Assembly: GCA_951406725.2 (NCBI GenBank)
Contig: OX597814.1
Span: forward strand, 172,298,001-172,362,000
Length of the DNA stretch: 64,000 nt
Direction: 5' to 3'
Origin: Octopus vulgaris
Taxonomy: Eukaryota
Below, one piece after another: positions 36,999 through 50,562 of this stretch; position 1 is the first letter of the stretch; each line of letters starts with the position of its first letter. Position numbers and translations under genes: made by a program. The notes beneath the pieces are model-generated. The model was not told the DNA's origin. It ran no database searches and worked only from the letters and a program-made list of their open reading frames with translations.

Positions 36999-37760
36999 AT
37001 ATTTATTTTTCTTCTATTTTCTTTTTTCTTCATTGAAACACTACTTTGTATTCTACATATTCGTACATTTCTCTATGTAACACCAATATCAAATGGTACA
37101 TCAATGATAAATTTAAGTCACAAAAAACTCCCCAAACAAATAAGAAAATAACAACGGGTAGTCTTTCACGAAGCTAACTTGAAGATTGTCGTTCGTTTCA
37201 AGAACGTGAAATTACTGATGATAATGACTTTAAGAAACGATGTTAGTATTCTGGATCTCGGCCAGTAATTTTCTGGCTTCGAAAATCACTTGATTGTTCC
37301 TGTTGAACCCTTTTCTTTCCGTTCTGCTTTGCAATCCAATCAGTGTTTGGATATGAAAGAAAGAAAGACAGAAAGGAAGACAGAAAGGAAGAAAGGGACG
37401 TTGGAGAAGGTAGAGAAAAGATGGACGGAAAGTGTATGGGAAGGAAGGACGACTAGAAATAAAAGTTAGGATTTACGATTGTAGGCTTTCCATCCTTTAC
37501 ATACACAAGTGCGCGCACACGCACATACACACACATACACACACACATACACACACAGTTTTACAGAATTATTACTTCTCTCTTTGTTTTCGTTCCTCGT
37601 TCGTTTTGCCAAGCACATCATCATCCCCGTATCTCTTCTCACTGTCTTCCTTATAGATTGGTGCTCTTTGAGCCAAACCTAATTTTTGAAATGCAAGAGA
37701 AAAGAAAAGAAAAGTTTATGCATATATACATACACACACTCACACGCACACAAACACAGA

Positions 37761-38113
37761 TACATACATACATACATACATACATACATACATACATACA
37801 TACATACATACATGCATGATTGCATACATACATACATGCATGCATGCATGCATACATACATACATACATACATACATGCATGCATGCATACATACATACA
37901 TACATACATACATACATGCATACATACATACATACATACATACATACATACATGCATGCATGCATGCATACATACATGCATGCATGTATGCATACATACA
38001 TATATGCATGCATGCATGCATACATACATGCATATATACATACATACATACATGCATGCATGCATACATACATACATGCATACATGCATGCATGCATGCA
38101 TACATACATACAT
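37761..38113. repeat. (CATA)/(CATG) mixed tetranucleotide microsatellite
   Basis: Directly visible. Confidence 0.95.
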
Positions 38114-39333
38114 ATCACACTTGAGTATCTACGCGCTCTTTAGTAAATGCGGATATATGCATAGGTGTGTCACTTGGTCTATAAGTGGTCGTATAGGAGT
38201 GTGCACATGCTTGTCTATTAATGCTTGCGTATGTGACTGCATATGGTTTGTGTGTGATTGTGTGTGTGTGTGTGTATGCGTGCGCATGTATGTGATTGTG
38301 TATTTGTGCCAGGGAAGAGCTTTAGAAAAAACGGAGAAGGCGAGGCGATGTCTTGCTGTGTATTTTCATTACACATATAGAATGGTAATATATTTTGAAT
38401 GCGTCTTTTGAACGTGATGGAATGCAAGTTGTGACTCTAGACTATGGGACGGTAGTGTGGCAGCTGCTGTCGTCGTCGGCGTTGCTGTTGTTGGTGGTGG
38501 TAGTGATAGTGATAGCAACGGCGATGGAGACGCTGGCGATTGTTGTAATTTTGGTGATGATCGTTGCGATGGTGGTGGCCATCGTTGTGTTGGTTGTGCA
38601 GACGGTGGTAGTTGTGGGGATGCTGATCGTAAAAGTAATAATAATGTTTGCTTGGGGTTATAGTAGTCGAAATAATTATTCTCGCTGTATAGCCCCAGGT
38701 TAGTGCTGAGTGGTTAAACCAATGATCAAAGACAGTCTATTCATGACCGTCCCTTCTTTTGAGTAGTATTTAGGACTATATTAATCAATGAGCTCTTTCC
38801 TTTCCCAATAATGAAGCATATGATTTGAGGGGTTCTCAGCTGCTACTTCGTAGGCCTATGGCATCATAAAGGGTACCTGAAATGATGATAGTCGTAGTGG
38901 CGATAGTAGTGATATTGATGATTAAGTTGCTTATGGTGATGATGATGCTGGTTTTAGTAGTGATGTTGTCAGTTGTGGTGATGTTTGTAGTGGTGGTGAT
39001 AGTGGTGCGGCTAATGGTAGTTATATGATATTTGAGAACTTTATAAATACACCATATAACCAAAGTAGCAAGAGCATTTATACCTATAACCTTTCTTTTA
39101 GCTCTTTTTGACTTATTTATTCTGATGTATCTTAAAGTCTTCATCTTAAATTCTCTTTTCTTTGTGTCTATTGTATCTTTCCTACCTCGATAACACCCTA
39201 GAATTTGTAAGTCTGTGTTTGGTCCACGTCTCTTATTACTCCCCTATCTACGATGATATTAGAATTCATCATATTTTAATTTTTCCATACTTGACTTAGC
39301 CTAGGCACATTTATATAAACCGAATTTAATATC

Positions 39334-39736
39334 CTTTCTACTAAAGGCTCAAAGCCTGAAATTTAGGGGAAGAAGATAGTCGATTACATCGACACCAGTG
39401 TTTTACTGGTGTTTGTCTATCTATCTATCGATCCCGAAAGGATGAAAGGCAAAGTCAATGTAGGCGGAATTTGAACTCAGAACGTGAAGACGGACGAAAT
39501 ACCTATTTCTTTACTACCCACAAGGGGCTAAACACAGAGAGGACAAACAAGGACAGACAAACGGATTAAGTCGATTATATCGATTCCAGTGCGTAAGTGG
39601 TACTTAATTTATCGACTCCGAAAGGATGAAAGGCAAAGTCGACCTCGGTGGAGTTTGAACTCAGAACGTAACGGCAGACAAAATACGGCTACGCATTTCG
39701 CCCAGCGTGCTAACGATTCTGCCAGCTCGCCGCCTT
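39334..39736 (-). mobile_element. SINE family B heterodimer with 18-bp TSD
   Basis: TSD TAAACCGWATTTAATATC at 39316-39333 / 39737-39754. Junction GAAATACCTATTTC near 39496-39509. The two units have different tails. Confidence 0.88.
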
Positions 39737-40837
39737 TAAACCGTATTTAATATCAATGTCCTGAAAGCACGTACAGTATGTAATAATATTTGCACTTGTT
39801 TAACAACTCTACACCTTGAGGCCGTACATTTAAAATATATGCATGTGTTCTATGTTAGTATTGTTCTTCATGTTAGTATTATGCAAAAGTTATAAGATAG
39901 GCATATAGTTTGGAAATGTATTCCCATTTTCTATTTTGTTTCAAGACTTCGGCAGTAATGACTCTCCGTTTTCCTATATTGCCACCATTTTCATTTGCCA
40001 CGGGTTTAGTTGTTTCTGGTGATGTAGTGTTTGGTGTTCTATAATTTCCGTAATTCTACGTTTCAAATTCAAGGTACACTTTCCCCTTTTATGTCCGAGC
40101 GAAATGATACAGTTTTAATTTGTGTTTTTACTCTATTATATTTGTATATGGGAGACTGGATCTGTTTAGTCGGGTATGACTTGTGTACCGTAGTGGGTTG
40201 ATATGTGGTGACTAATGGGCCATTAGTGCAAACATCTGGAATTCATTATTTGCACGAGGCAAAAGCAAACGTATTGCAGTAGATTTATCTCTTAACATCT
40301 TTATCAATTGCTTTCGATTTTCTTCGATGCTAATGGATATATTTCGGAGTAATGAAATAGCTTATGTTACATTGTGCGTTCCTGGAGTCATTTCTGTGAT
40401 TTTCCCTCCAATCATTCTCAGTTGTTTGACCCTGGTTTTCTTTTTGTTGTTTTTACCCTTTTCTTGCCAGTTATCATCGTTGTTGTCGTTGTCACCGTTG
40501 TCACCAGCACCAGTACCATCAGCACCACCATCACTACCACCAGCACCAGCATCAGCACCAGCATCAGCACCAGCACCAGTACCCCACCACCATCACCACC
40601 ACTGTAATCATCATCATCATTATCATCATCATCATCTCTTTAACAGTTTCCGTTGTACCATGAGTTTCAACTCCTGTGTTCATAAGATACGCATGTCCAG
40701 TTTTCCCGCAATATAGATACTGAAACTGAGAGTATGTTTCACGACTGGAGTTTCACGTTAGTGCGATCTTGAGGCGAGAACTGTTACATCTCTATATTAG
40801 TAGCGTATTTGTTAGCTTTTAGTGTGTGTGTTGCGTG

Positions 40838-40872
<35 letters not shown>

Positions 40873-42551
40873 GAGGGAGAGCGATAGAGAGAGAGAGTGT
40901 GTGTGTGTGTTATGTGTTGTTTAGGTCGTGAGCTGGTTTGCTTCACGTCTTTATTGACTACGTTTGTATGTTATATTAATTTTGTTTTGATGTGAGGTTT
41001 GCCTTTTTATGTAGCTGGTGTTACTTTAGTGTTTCCTCTGCTTATTGTGTTGAAAGTATGTAATGTGAGTCATAACATTTCGTTGTGTAGCGATTGAATT
41101 CTGTACGTATACCAATTGTGTTATGCACAATTGTTTCAAAATGTTCACTATATGGTGTGTTTGACGCATGAGTTGTATCTTATATTAATGATAAAATGGC
41201 AATAGCTTAAAATAAGCTGTGTGAGTTCTTGGTGTATTATAGTTTTGGTTGTCGGTTATATAAAAACATTTGTGTTATTTTGGGGGCGGCTTAAGACGGT
41301 GAGCTGGCAGAATCGTTAGCACGTTGGGCGAAAAGCTTGCTGCATTTCGTCCGTTTTACGTTGTTTTTACTTTGCCTTTCACCCTTCGGGTCGATGAAAT
41401 AAGTACCATTTCACCACTTGAACCCTAGGGGCGTTGTAATCGATTAACTCCCACCCACAAAATTTTAGGCTTTATGTTTATAATATAAAGATCTACTTTA
41501 TTGAGTGATAATTACATAGAATGTGTACTCTGTATTGTTTTATATTATTGAGTAGGGACCTCAGTAAACAATGAGCTGTGTGATTTCTACTGTTTTATTT
41601 TTCGTAGCACAGGCTAGCTTATTTTTTGGAGAATGTCGATCAAACTGACATTCGGTATTATGTTACTAATCTTTACGAACCTGAAAAAAATTACATCGTG
41701 GTTAACTTTCATTTTCACTATTTCAAGATCGACAGAATAAATATTAGTCAAACACTGGAATCGATACCCCAACATATTTTGTTTTGTACCTGTCTTACAC
41801 CAAGGCTAGTGTCCGCTTTATAATATCTTATAGCATTTATTTACATTCCTTGTCGTCCTGAATTTAATTCAATTCACCTCAAAGTCAGCAAGGCCTCTCA
41901 TAATTGTAAAGTCGAAAAAAAATCTACTAGTCAAGGACTAAGGCTGATTAGACAGTTCATAGAAAGTCGGTGGATTATCGGAACTGACAGAATGCCAGAT
42001 AAGATGCCTTGCTATATTTGATATTAAATTCTACGTCTCGAGTTCAAATCCAACTTGAGTTGGCTTTACTTTACAGTCTTTAACCAGCAATAAAATAAGT
42101 AGTTGTCTTGATCGATTAACTATGTCATAAATCGTTCTCCTAATTATAATCACAAATGAAAGTATTGAACTAGCGGAAATGGTACACTGACGAATAGATA
42201 TTAATAACGTTGATCAAATTCGACATAGGTTAATCATAGGCCTGCTCAGTCAATGTTGATATAGGTCAGTTTTGAAGCAAAACCGATGATCGAGAGCGCT
42301 CCTGCCGTCTCTTTAGCGGCATATTGAAGTACATTCTCGAGTGATAGAATGTAATTCGAAGATTTGAATGTTATTTCTTAAGGGTCATATGTGACTCCAT
42401 GGAGTCACCAACATCGCTATTTTTCATGTTATCAATTTTAGCGAGAGTAAAAATTTGTCGACCCTTCACCCTAAATTGTTTTATTAGCAAGACATAAGAG
42501 AAGACAAGATAACAGACCGAGGAAAATTTTCCATCGGTATTTTATATATAT

Positions 42552-42772
42552 AAGGCAGTGAGCTGGCAGACTTGTTCGGACGCCGGGAGATATGCTTAGC
42601 GGCATTTCTTCCGTCTTTACGCTCTGAGTTCAAATTCCGTGGAGGTCGACTTAGACTTTCAGAATTTCGAGGTCGATAAAATAAGTATCAGTGAAGTACT
42701 GGGGGTCAATGTAAACGACGTAGCCACTCCCCCGCAAACCTGCTGACCTTGTGCCAAAATTTGAAACCAATA
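42552..42772 (+). mobile_element. SINE family B, alternative tail
   Basis: AAGGCAGTGAGCTGGCAGA..GAGTTCAAATTCCG..GGTCGATAAAATAAGTA..CCTTGTGCCAAAATTTGAAACC. Confidence 0.8.
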
Positions 42773-43363
42773 TTTCATGTAGAGAAATGAAAGACACGCG
42801 CATACACACACGCACACACACACACACAGAGGCAGGCAGCCAGATATAGTTACAAATATACACTTTCACATACAGACGTACATTAACTATACATCACTGC
42901 ATCATTCCTGTAAATGACACATTATTTATTTGTTTGTTTATTTATTTATTCATTTATTTATGTTTTTTTTTATTTTTGCTGCATAACTAATTCTAGTCGG
43001 AGCTATAACAAAAATGTATATGAATTATATATAAGAAGTCAATCTCAAAAATGTCAAAAAAAAGAAAATATGGATATATTTTATTTAGGTGAATGCATTT
43101 TTCGTGATATCACGATGTTTCGAAAGTCTTACAACTTGCACTGCTTAGGATCGATTTACCGGAGTAACTAAATACACAAAAGACCCAGAAAGTGATATAT
43201 TCATTCGTCTAAATTGTTCTACGACTAAATTGAGCGAGTTGCAACTGTAAATGATGATCGAAATAATGGTTACATTCTTAACTAAAAGTAGCCTTACGTG
43301 TCATGTTACTGCTTTGATAATTGTCTGGCTGCATTGATAAAGACAGGTTTCGAGGGGTTAATG

Positions 43364-43417
43364 CAGTGATCCCTCGCTACTTCGCGGTTCAACTATCGCA
43401 GATTCACGACTTCGCGG

Positions 43418-43494
<77 letters not shown>

Positions 43495-44398
43495 GTACTT
43501 GGAGAATAAGAACGGAACGAAACGAACGAATCGAATCGAATCGACGCGAGGGCGCTGTCATACAATAGTGTAATAAATAAAATATATGCATACATACATA
43601 CATATATGTACGTACCTACATCTACATGTATATATACATACATATATAAATATATATACGTGAGTACAGGACACCACAACTAGACGTAGAACTCAACGAG
43701 AAACGAAAGCGGAAAAACAAGCATGGAACAAACCATTTTTTTACAACAGAAAAACAGAGTACAAGACAAACTACACATGGAAAAATCCTCTTCATCAGCT
43801 GCCCCTAGTTCAACTCTAGCGTGTTTCGAAGGTAGGACAGAACACGACTCGTCAAACTAGCCCTTCCTGCGAGAGAATTAAAATAAAATTACTTCGCAGA
43901 GGGGTAAAAACAAAGAAAAAAAATGTAACACAAACAGGCCGTAAAAACGATACAAATAAATATATATATATATATGAACGCCTAAAATTTTTCCTTAAAT
44001 TCATTAAAATATTAAAAATAAATATTATTTCATAGTCTAGGAACAACAAAACAATCGTAAAATAGAAAAAAAAGCATACACAGGGGTATTTGAACTTAAG
44101 ACGGGCTGTGATTGGTGCAATAGAGAGAGACGACGAATCACAGCTTTCTATTTTGCAATCTGGCCTGTGTAACAGTAACAATCTTTATTTTTTTTAATCT
44201 AAAGTGTTATTGCTTAACAGTTGTCCTTGTTATTAATAGACTACTGTAATGGGTGGGTTATTAACAGTACAGGGAGGGTTTTCAAAGTCCAAATACACGT
44301 CAAATAAATACTGTAAATATGGTGTCCATGCTTCGCGGAAATTCACTTAACGCGGCCGGTGTCGGAACCAATCTACCGCGATAAACGAGGGATCACTG
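43364..44398. mobile_element. Non-autonomous Tigger/pogo-like DNA transposon with nested insertions
   Basis: TIR CAGTGATCCCTCG / CGAGGGATCACTG followed by TA (left TA reads TG), with subterminal TTCGCGG repeats. Confidence 0.8.
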
Positions 44399-45349
44399 TA
44401 TATAAATTCGACTTCGAGCAAATAGAAAGAAGCGAGTGCTTTCATAAATATCCGAAAAAGATATATTTACATACGTATATACACAAGCATTAAAACATGC
44501 CCTCACACATGCACGCACGCACTCCCAAGCGCGCACGTACGCACATAGACAGACACACACACATGTACACACACAAGTTTAATCCAATAAGCATGACTAT
44601 GTCAAAATATATTTTGCTTCGCCTGAATGTCTCTTCAGAAAACTCACACATATAAGCATACGTACATTCACACACACACATGCAGACTTATACAAGTACA
44701 TACAGATACACATACATATATATATGCACGCTTATTATAATACTCTATGTAATATATCTGTAGATTTTTTTCCCCCTAAATCCTTACGTTACGAAAAATG
44801 TAAACAATACGTTTACATAGACATTACTCTCAGGAACAGGGAAACAGAAACCATATATACGTCTATACGTATGTGTCTGTGTATACGCGAAGACGCAAAG
44901 CTCTTTACATGAAACTTGCAATCCACGAATTCTTATTAAACACTTATTCTATTGATTTCGTTACATGAATTAATTCCTAAAAAATTTTACCCTTGGCATT
45001 GGATCACAGCCAATTTAAATGAATGTTTTAGAGTGGTACTGAAGAAATATTGATTCGAATCATCTAATAATTTCAATTATTTACCTTACATTCTATATCA
45101 AACTATAGTTAAATTTATAGTTCCCCCTTCTTATATTAAAGACTAATCTTTCCCCTTCTATGGTAATCTGCCTTTTAGTGTAATTTAGTCATTCATTACT
45201 TAACGTTTATTTTTTTTTCGAATGTGTTCATTTTTAACTGAAGATTTGTGTTTACTGTACATTTTAAGCCAATGATTATGACAAAATTCATCATCATCAT
45301 CATCATCACCTTGACCACCACCACCACCACCACCACCACCACCACCACC

Positions 45350-45420
<71 letters not shown>

Positions 45421-45423
<3 letters not shown>

Positions 45424-45990
45424 TCTTGCTTATTTTACGGGTTGTTTTGGCTTGTTCTCTGCAATCTATTAGGGCTGCCATTATACATAATAGGTCTCCT
45501 CGATGGCACTCGGTGGTCTTCGCACAGTTTCTTTATATAGGTTCGATGTAGTCTACCGGCATTTGCGTATCCGTGCTTCGGTTCTTAGAGAAGAACATCG
45601 CTGATGATCCCCTTCTTGCTCATCTGATGGCGTGCGTTATTGGGAGCAAATTACCATAGAGCAGTTCTTTCGTACGGTGTTGTCTCCAGATGTCCACAGC
45701 AGCTTGAAGCATTCTTAAATAAGTTCCGTCAATTTTCTTTTCACGACACTTTGTTAGAATCCATGTACATCCATATGTTAGATTTGACGGCACAATCGCC
45801 TGAAAGAAATTACGTTTCAAATTCAATGGAAACTTAGATTTCTAAACTGCTGATAATTTATTTAAAGCTGCTCGGGCATGCCGATTCGGGCATGAACATC
45901 AGTTGCAGTCAGATCTTCTCTTGCTATTTTACTTCCAAGGTATGAAAATTCGATAACATTTTTCAAGAATTTTCCAGTTAGTTACATTTC
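45421..45990 (-). pseudogene. RTE-clade LINE 3' fragment with (GAT)n tail
   Basis: Minus strand encodes VIEFSYLGSKI..LKRNFFQAIV..LTYGCTW..IDGTYLRML..LYGNL..DVLL*EPKHG..GR..TYIKKL, followed by (GAT)n below 45421. Confidence 0.8.
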
Positions 45991-46459
45991 CAGTTATGTG
46001 GAGTTAATGTTACCGCACTGGTTGTACAACTTATATCATGTCTTGTCCGAAAGATAAGCATGACTTTTTCTATCATGTTAACACGATAATTTTCCCCGAC
46101 GTCAAACTGTAGTTTATTTACATTCATATCATTTTTATTTACACTGGTAATATCTAATATTATTTTAACAGGAAACGTGATACTATTACTTGCTTACACA
46201 CAAATAATTATTTTGTTTGTGTGCTTGTAAATTAAAAACTATCATCCTACAAAACATTGAAACATGACGATATGACATGATATGATATAACAAATACACA
46301 TGCAAGTATACATATGAGTGCAATTTTTTTCTCCAGTGAAACCGAGTTTGTTTCGTGACTAAAGTTTCACGTTACTGCAATCTTGAGGCAAGAACTGTTA
46401 CAACTCTATATTAGCGGCGTATTTGTTAATCTTTTAGTGTCTTATATGTATGTATTATG

Positions 46460-46493
<34 letters not shown>

Positions 46494-47970
46494 TGTATGT
46501 ATGTATGTATGTATGTATGTATGTATGTATGTAGGTATATGTATCTGTGCACAAATATGCATGGTTTTCCAGTAACCCATATTTTATGTAATATATTTAT
46601 TTATTTGGAACTTAGCATTTTTTCATTTTTTAAAGTTTTGTCTTGGTATCTAAGATATATTTCGATATATGTTAGAATCGTATTCGTCTGAATACTAGGC
46701 TCTACATTAATTTCATCTTCATAGATTGCACTTACACAATCTTTAACTTTACTCTTTATTATCGCATATTTTTTCCTCAGAAAAACTAAATATTTAAATT
46801 TTTATATTTGTATCAAGAAATAAATTTTCTTATGTATGTACTGTGTTAACCTAAACAATTGATTTGTTTTCCTTTATTACACCGACTGGAATATATTCCA
46901 ATCTTCGCATCTTACTTCCATATTAATATTCTCAATTGAAGCATACCTCTTTCTAATTTGATAATTATTGTGGCGAGAGTCAGTGATTCAAATCAACTCA
47001 CAAGGCTATAATAGAAGACACTCGCCCAAGGTACCACCCAGTGGGACTGAACTCGGAATTATATGTTTGAGAAGCACGCCTGCGCCTATTATAAAAACAT
47101 TTTGTATTATATATACGATTTTGTCATTCGTTATTACAGATGCTCAACGATCCACATTTTAGCAATCGCTTTTAATTACATTGGTTGCTGACAATCTAAA
47201 TATTACGAACCATAAAATATTTCAACCAAATAGGAATTTTATATCGATTCAGTTTTTTTGTTTTTTAATGAATATTAGATTTATTTATAATTCTAAACGA
47301 AATTATAATAGCTATCGCAATTCAGTCACAACATTATATTTGTAAAATTCAAGTATAAATAAAATGAAAACATTTTCTGCTTTTCTGGTCTGATGACTTG
47401 GAAATGTTTTGGTCTGGTTGCTTAGAATTAATAAGAATATTAACTTCTGAAATCATATGAAATAAATTGAAAATTTATATTGAGAGTGATATTGTTACTT
47501 GAGCTATTTAGCTTATATAGTTTCGTTTAAATTTGATATTTATTATATGATTTGCTGATTTTGTTTTAAAAGAAAGCTATATGATACACCGATCTTCAAT
47601 ATGATACACCGATCTTAAAAAATGTTTTATGACTAAAGTTACTCTTTTTAATAGTTTAATAGTTTTGACATTATGTAAAAAAATAAAGTTCAGCCTAGCC
47701 TTCTAGTAACTTGATTTTCAGTATCCTCCTAGTGATTTCCATTACGAACTTTGTATTCATAAGTTTGTAAACATGTAGAATATACCGTACAATGAAGCAT
47801 ATATTTAACATCCTTCAAATACATACGTACAATTTTTCAATTTACTCTCATCCTATATTTGTATTAATCTCACTTTCTCCTTTTTATCGCACACACAAAC
47901 ACATACAATACATGTATACATGTGTGGTGTGAGTGTAGTATATATCTGTATATATATATATATGTGTGTG

Positions 47971-48009
<39 letters not shown>

Positions 48010-48016
<7 letters not shown>

Positions 48017-48376
48017 TTAGAGACAAAACCACTATTTTGCAAATCAAACAAAGAAAGACTTAATCCAATACTTAAAAAAATTTAATATAAATTAAATAAA
48101 ATTAAATTCACTTCATAACTTAAAATTGAATAGAAGATCTGAAATCCACCTGATGAATGTCCTTAGAAGAGACACGAAACAATTGTAGTGGCGAATTTAA
48201 TTTAATTTAATTTATATTAAATTTTTTTATGTATTGGATTAAGTCTTTCTTTGTTTGATTTGCAAAATAGTGGTTTTGTCTCTAATTAATATTATATAAT
48301 ATTTTACTATAAAATTGGATTCAATCCTAAATTTGATTTTTACCTGTAAATTTGGATTTATTCCCTAATATTTATT

Positions 48377-48390
<14 letters not shown>
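48010..48390 (+). mobile_element. Penelope-like remnant with 100-bp inverted repeat enclosing an HHR
   Basis: 48010-48109 is the inverse of 48193-48292 (2 mismatches), with (TA)n flanks. Related fragments occur at about 6302-6340 and 50800-50890. Confidence 0.78.
48146..48191 (+). ncRNA. Type I hammerhead ribozyme motif (C3-G8)
   Basis: CCAC [CTGATGA] ATGTC-CTTAGAAGA-GACAC [GAAAC] AATT [GTA] GTGG. Palindromic helix III ACAATTGT; A10.1-C11.1 mismatch. Confidence 0.78.
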
Positions 48391-48408
<18 letters not shown>

Positions 48409-48415
48409 TATATAT

Positions 48416-48602
48416 AGGGAGAGTTTACGAAAAAAACAAAAGACGAAGACAGGTGGTGTACAAAACAAACAGATGTATTAGTATAACGCTCAGGAATAAA
48501 AAAATGTCCTTTACGTTTCGAGCCTACGCTCTTCTACAGAAAGGGACACAGAAAAAACAAGGAGAGAAAAAAATGTGTGTAGTGGCTAACGATCTATCAT
48601 GG
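48416..48602 (-). mobile_element. Family E element with HHR-like motif (48508-48544)
   Basis: Minus strand: CCTTT CTGTAGA A GAGC-GTAG-GCTC GAAAC GTA AAGG. Confidence 0.7.
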
Positions 48603-48907
48603 CATCTGACTCGGACAGAAGGGTCACACACGAGAAGGAAAGTAGAGGAGATAACAAAAAAAAAAAATATATATATTGAATACTACTTCACATGTCCCTT
48701 TTCTGATCAGCTTTTGGATTACTCTTTATTGTTTCTGATTTTCCCGCGCAATACAGTTATTTATTCCATCTTTGATTCTTCTAACACGCGTATATATAGT
48801 TAAAAATCTTTCTCAAACACCGTTTGTATGTATGTATGTATGTATGTATGTATGTATGTATGTATGTATGTATGTATGTATGTATGTATGTATTTATATA
48901 TTGTTGA

Positions 48908-49075
48908 AAGGCTGTCGTAGTTGTGTGATAAGAGGTTTGCTTCCCAACCACATGGTTCCCTGTTCAGTGCCACTGCGTAGAAATTTAGGCAACTGCCGTT
49001 TACTGTAGCCTCGGTCCAGCCCAAACCTTGTGAGTAGATTTGGAGGACGGAAAATGTAGAAAACCTGTCATATAT
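48908..49075 (+). mobile_element. Degenerate SINE family A head
   Basis: TTGCTTCCCAACCACATGGTTCC..GTTCAGTGCCACTGCGT..CCTTGTGAGTAGATTTGG. Confidence 0.7.
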
Positions 49076-49102
49076 TATATGTGTTTGTGTGCGTGTGTGC
49101 CC

Positions 49103-49942
49103 TTTTTTGTATCACCTAACTGTCTGGATGTTTTGCGTTCTTGTCCCATTTTTGTATTTTTTAGATATGAAATATAGCTGCGTACGTACACTTTGGTCTC
49201 TTATATGTAAGTATATATATATATATCTAAATTTTGTACGACTCTATTATCTTTTATTCTTTCTTTCTTTCCTTTTTTTCTATTAACCCTTTCACACTTC
49301 GTTCATTCCACTCTTCGTTCTTTCGTTCCCCCTCACTCACATTTCCCGGCCTTCTCTTTATGCTCACTTATCCTCCTCTTTCACTTCACTGTGTCCCATT
49401 TTTTCTCGCCCCTCCTTAATTCTTCTATCCCTCTGTCTCTGCTTCTCTCTCTTCTCTCCCCACGTGACCAGTGTTCGGCCAGGCCTGACCTTTCTTTCTT
49501 GGTTTGACTACCATCAGTGCATCATATATATTTCTCCATGTGCCTGTTAAATCTTATGTCCCTGCCCTAAGTTCTTACTCCCACACACGCCAGCTTAATT
49601 TAATTCGTCCTTAGTCGAAAGACAACTGTTGTTATGCCCTGTTAACTGCATTTGTACTTGTAACAATTCTCTTTTTTTCCGTCTTTATTTTCGTATGCAT
49701 TCGCTGCTTTCTTCCAAGGAATCTAATGCTCTTAGCTTATTTTTCCTTGAGGCTGGCCACATTGGAGCATTCTCGAGTATAACCAGCCGAAATTACAAAG
49801 ATAATCTGGAACTCGACTGAGGATAGAAAACTCCGAATGACCCATATTTGTTTTCCTTTATAGTCTGTCTGGATATTTTTTCCCTTTTTTGTATCACATA
49901 ACTGTCTGGATGTTTTGCGTAATTGTCTCATTTTTGTATCTT
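49103..49942 (+). mobile_element. Direct-repeat-bounded element (period about 782 bp), probably pLTR-like
   Basis: TTTTGTATCAC.TAACTGTCTGGATGTTTTGCGT..CATTTTTGTAT at 49103-49160 and 49885-49942. A reverse fragment occurs at about 32725-32760. Confidence 0.6.
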
Positions 49943-49954
49943 GCATATATGTAT

Positions 49955-50147
49955 ATCGTTGGCGATTTTCTTTCTCCGTCTTCCCTTCTTTGGACTTTTT
50001 CTATATTTCTGACGAAGAGGTCCGGTCGAAACGTGAAATCCTCTTTCTTTTCTTTCCTTTCCTGAGCGTCCAATAACACTGTACTTATTCCACGTCCTCG
50101 CGTTGTTGTTTTCTTTTGTTGTTTTTCTTGCTAGTTTATGTCTGGAT

Positions 50148-50151
<4 letters not shown>
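49955..50151 (+). mobile_element. Family E element with HHR-like motif (50005-50039)
   Basis: ATTT [CTGACGA] A GAGG-TCC-GGTC [GAAAC GTG] AAAT; ends in (TA)n. Confidence 0.72.
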
Positions 50152-50246
<95 letters not shown>

Positions 50247-50562
50247 CACTTAAAACATTCAACACATATCTACTAAAAATTATTCACAATAGCGGAAGCA
50301 GAAGCGTTCCTATGTTTTCGTCACGGCATAGAGCCGCACGGCTGTATTTTGTCTCTATATGTATATTTATTTTGGCTGTATATTCATGTTTGTGCCATAT
50401 TTGTTTACGTCATTGTCCCCAACATTATGAGGCTTGAATGGAGGCATGAAATGAAAACTTGTAGCAGCTGTGAATATTACTGGTATTGGTTTATAAATAT
50501 AAATGCTGGCCTACATTTTTGTATCTTGTTTATGCATACATTCACATATGTATATATATATA

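Noticed and set aside
37211-37250. CTGATGA-TAATGACTTTAA-GAAAC-GAT-GTT
   Set aside because: Helix I does not pair in register and helix II is weak; it could be chance or heavy decay.
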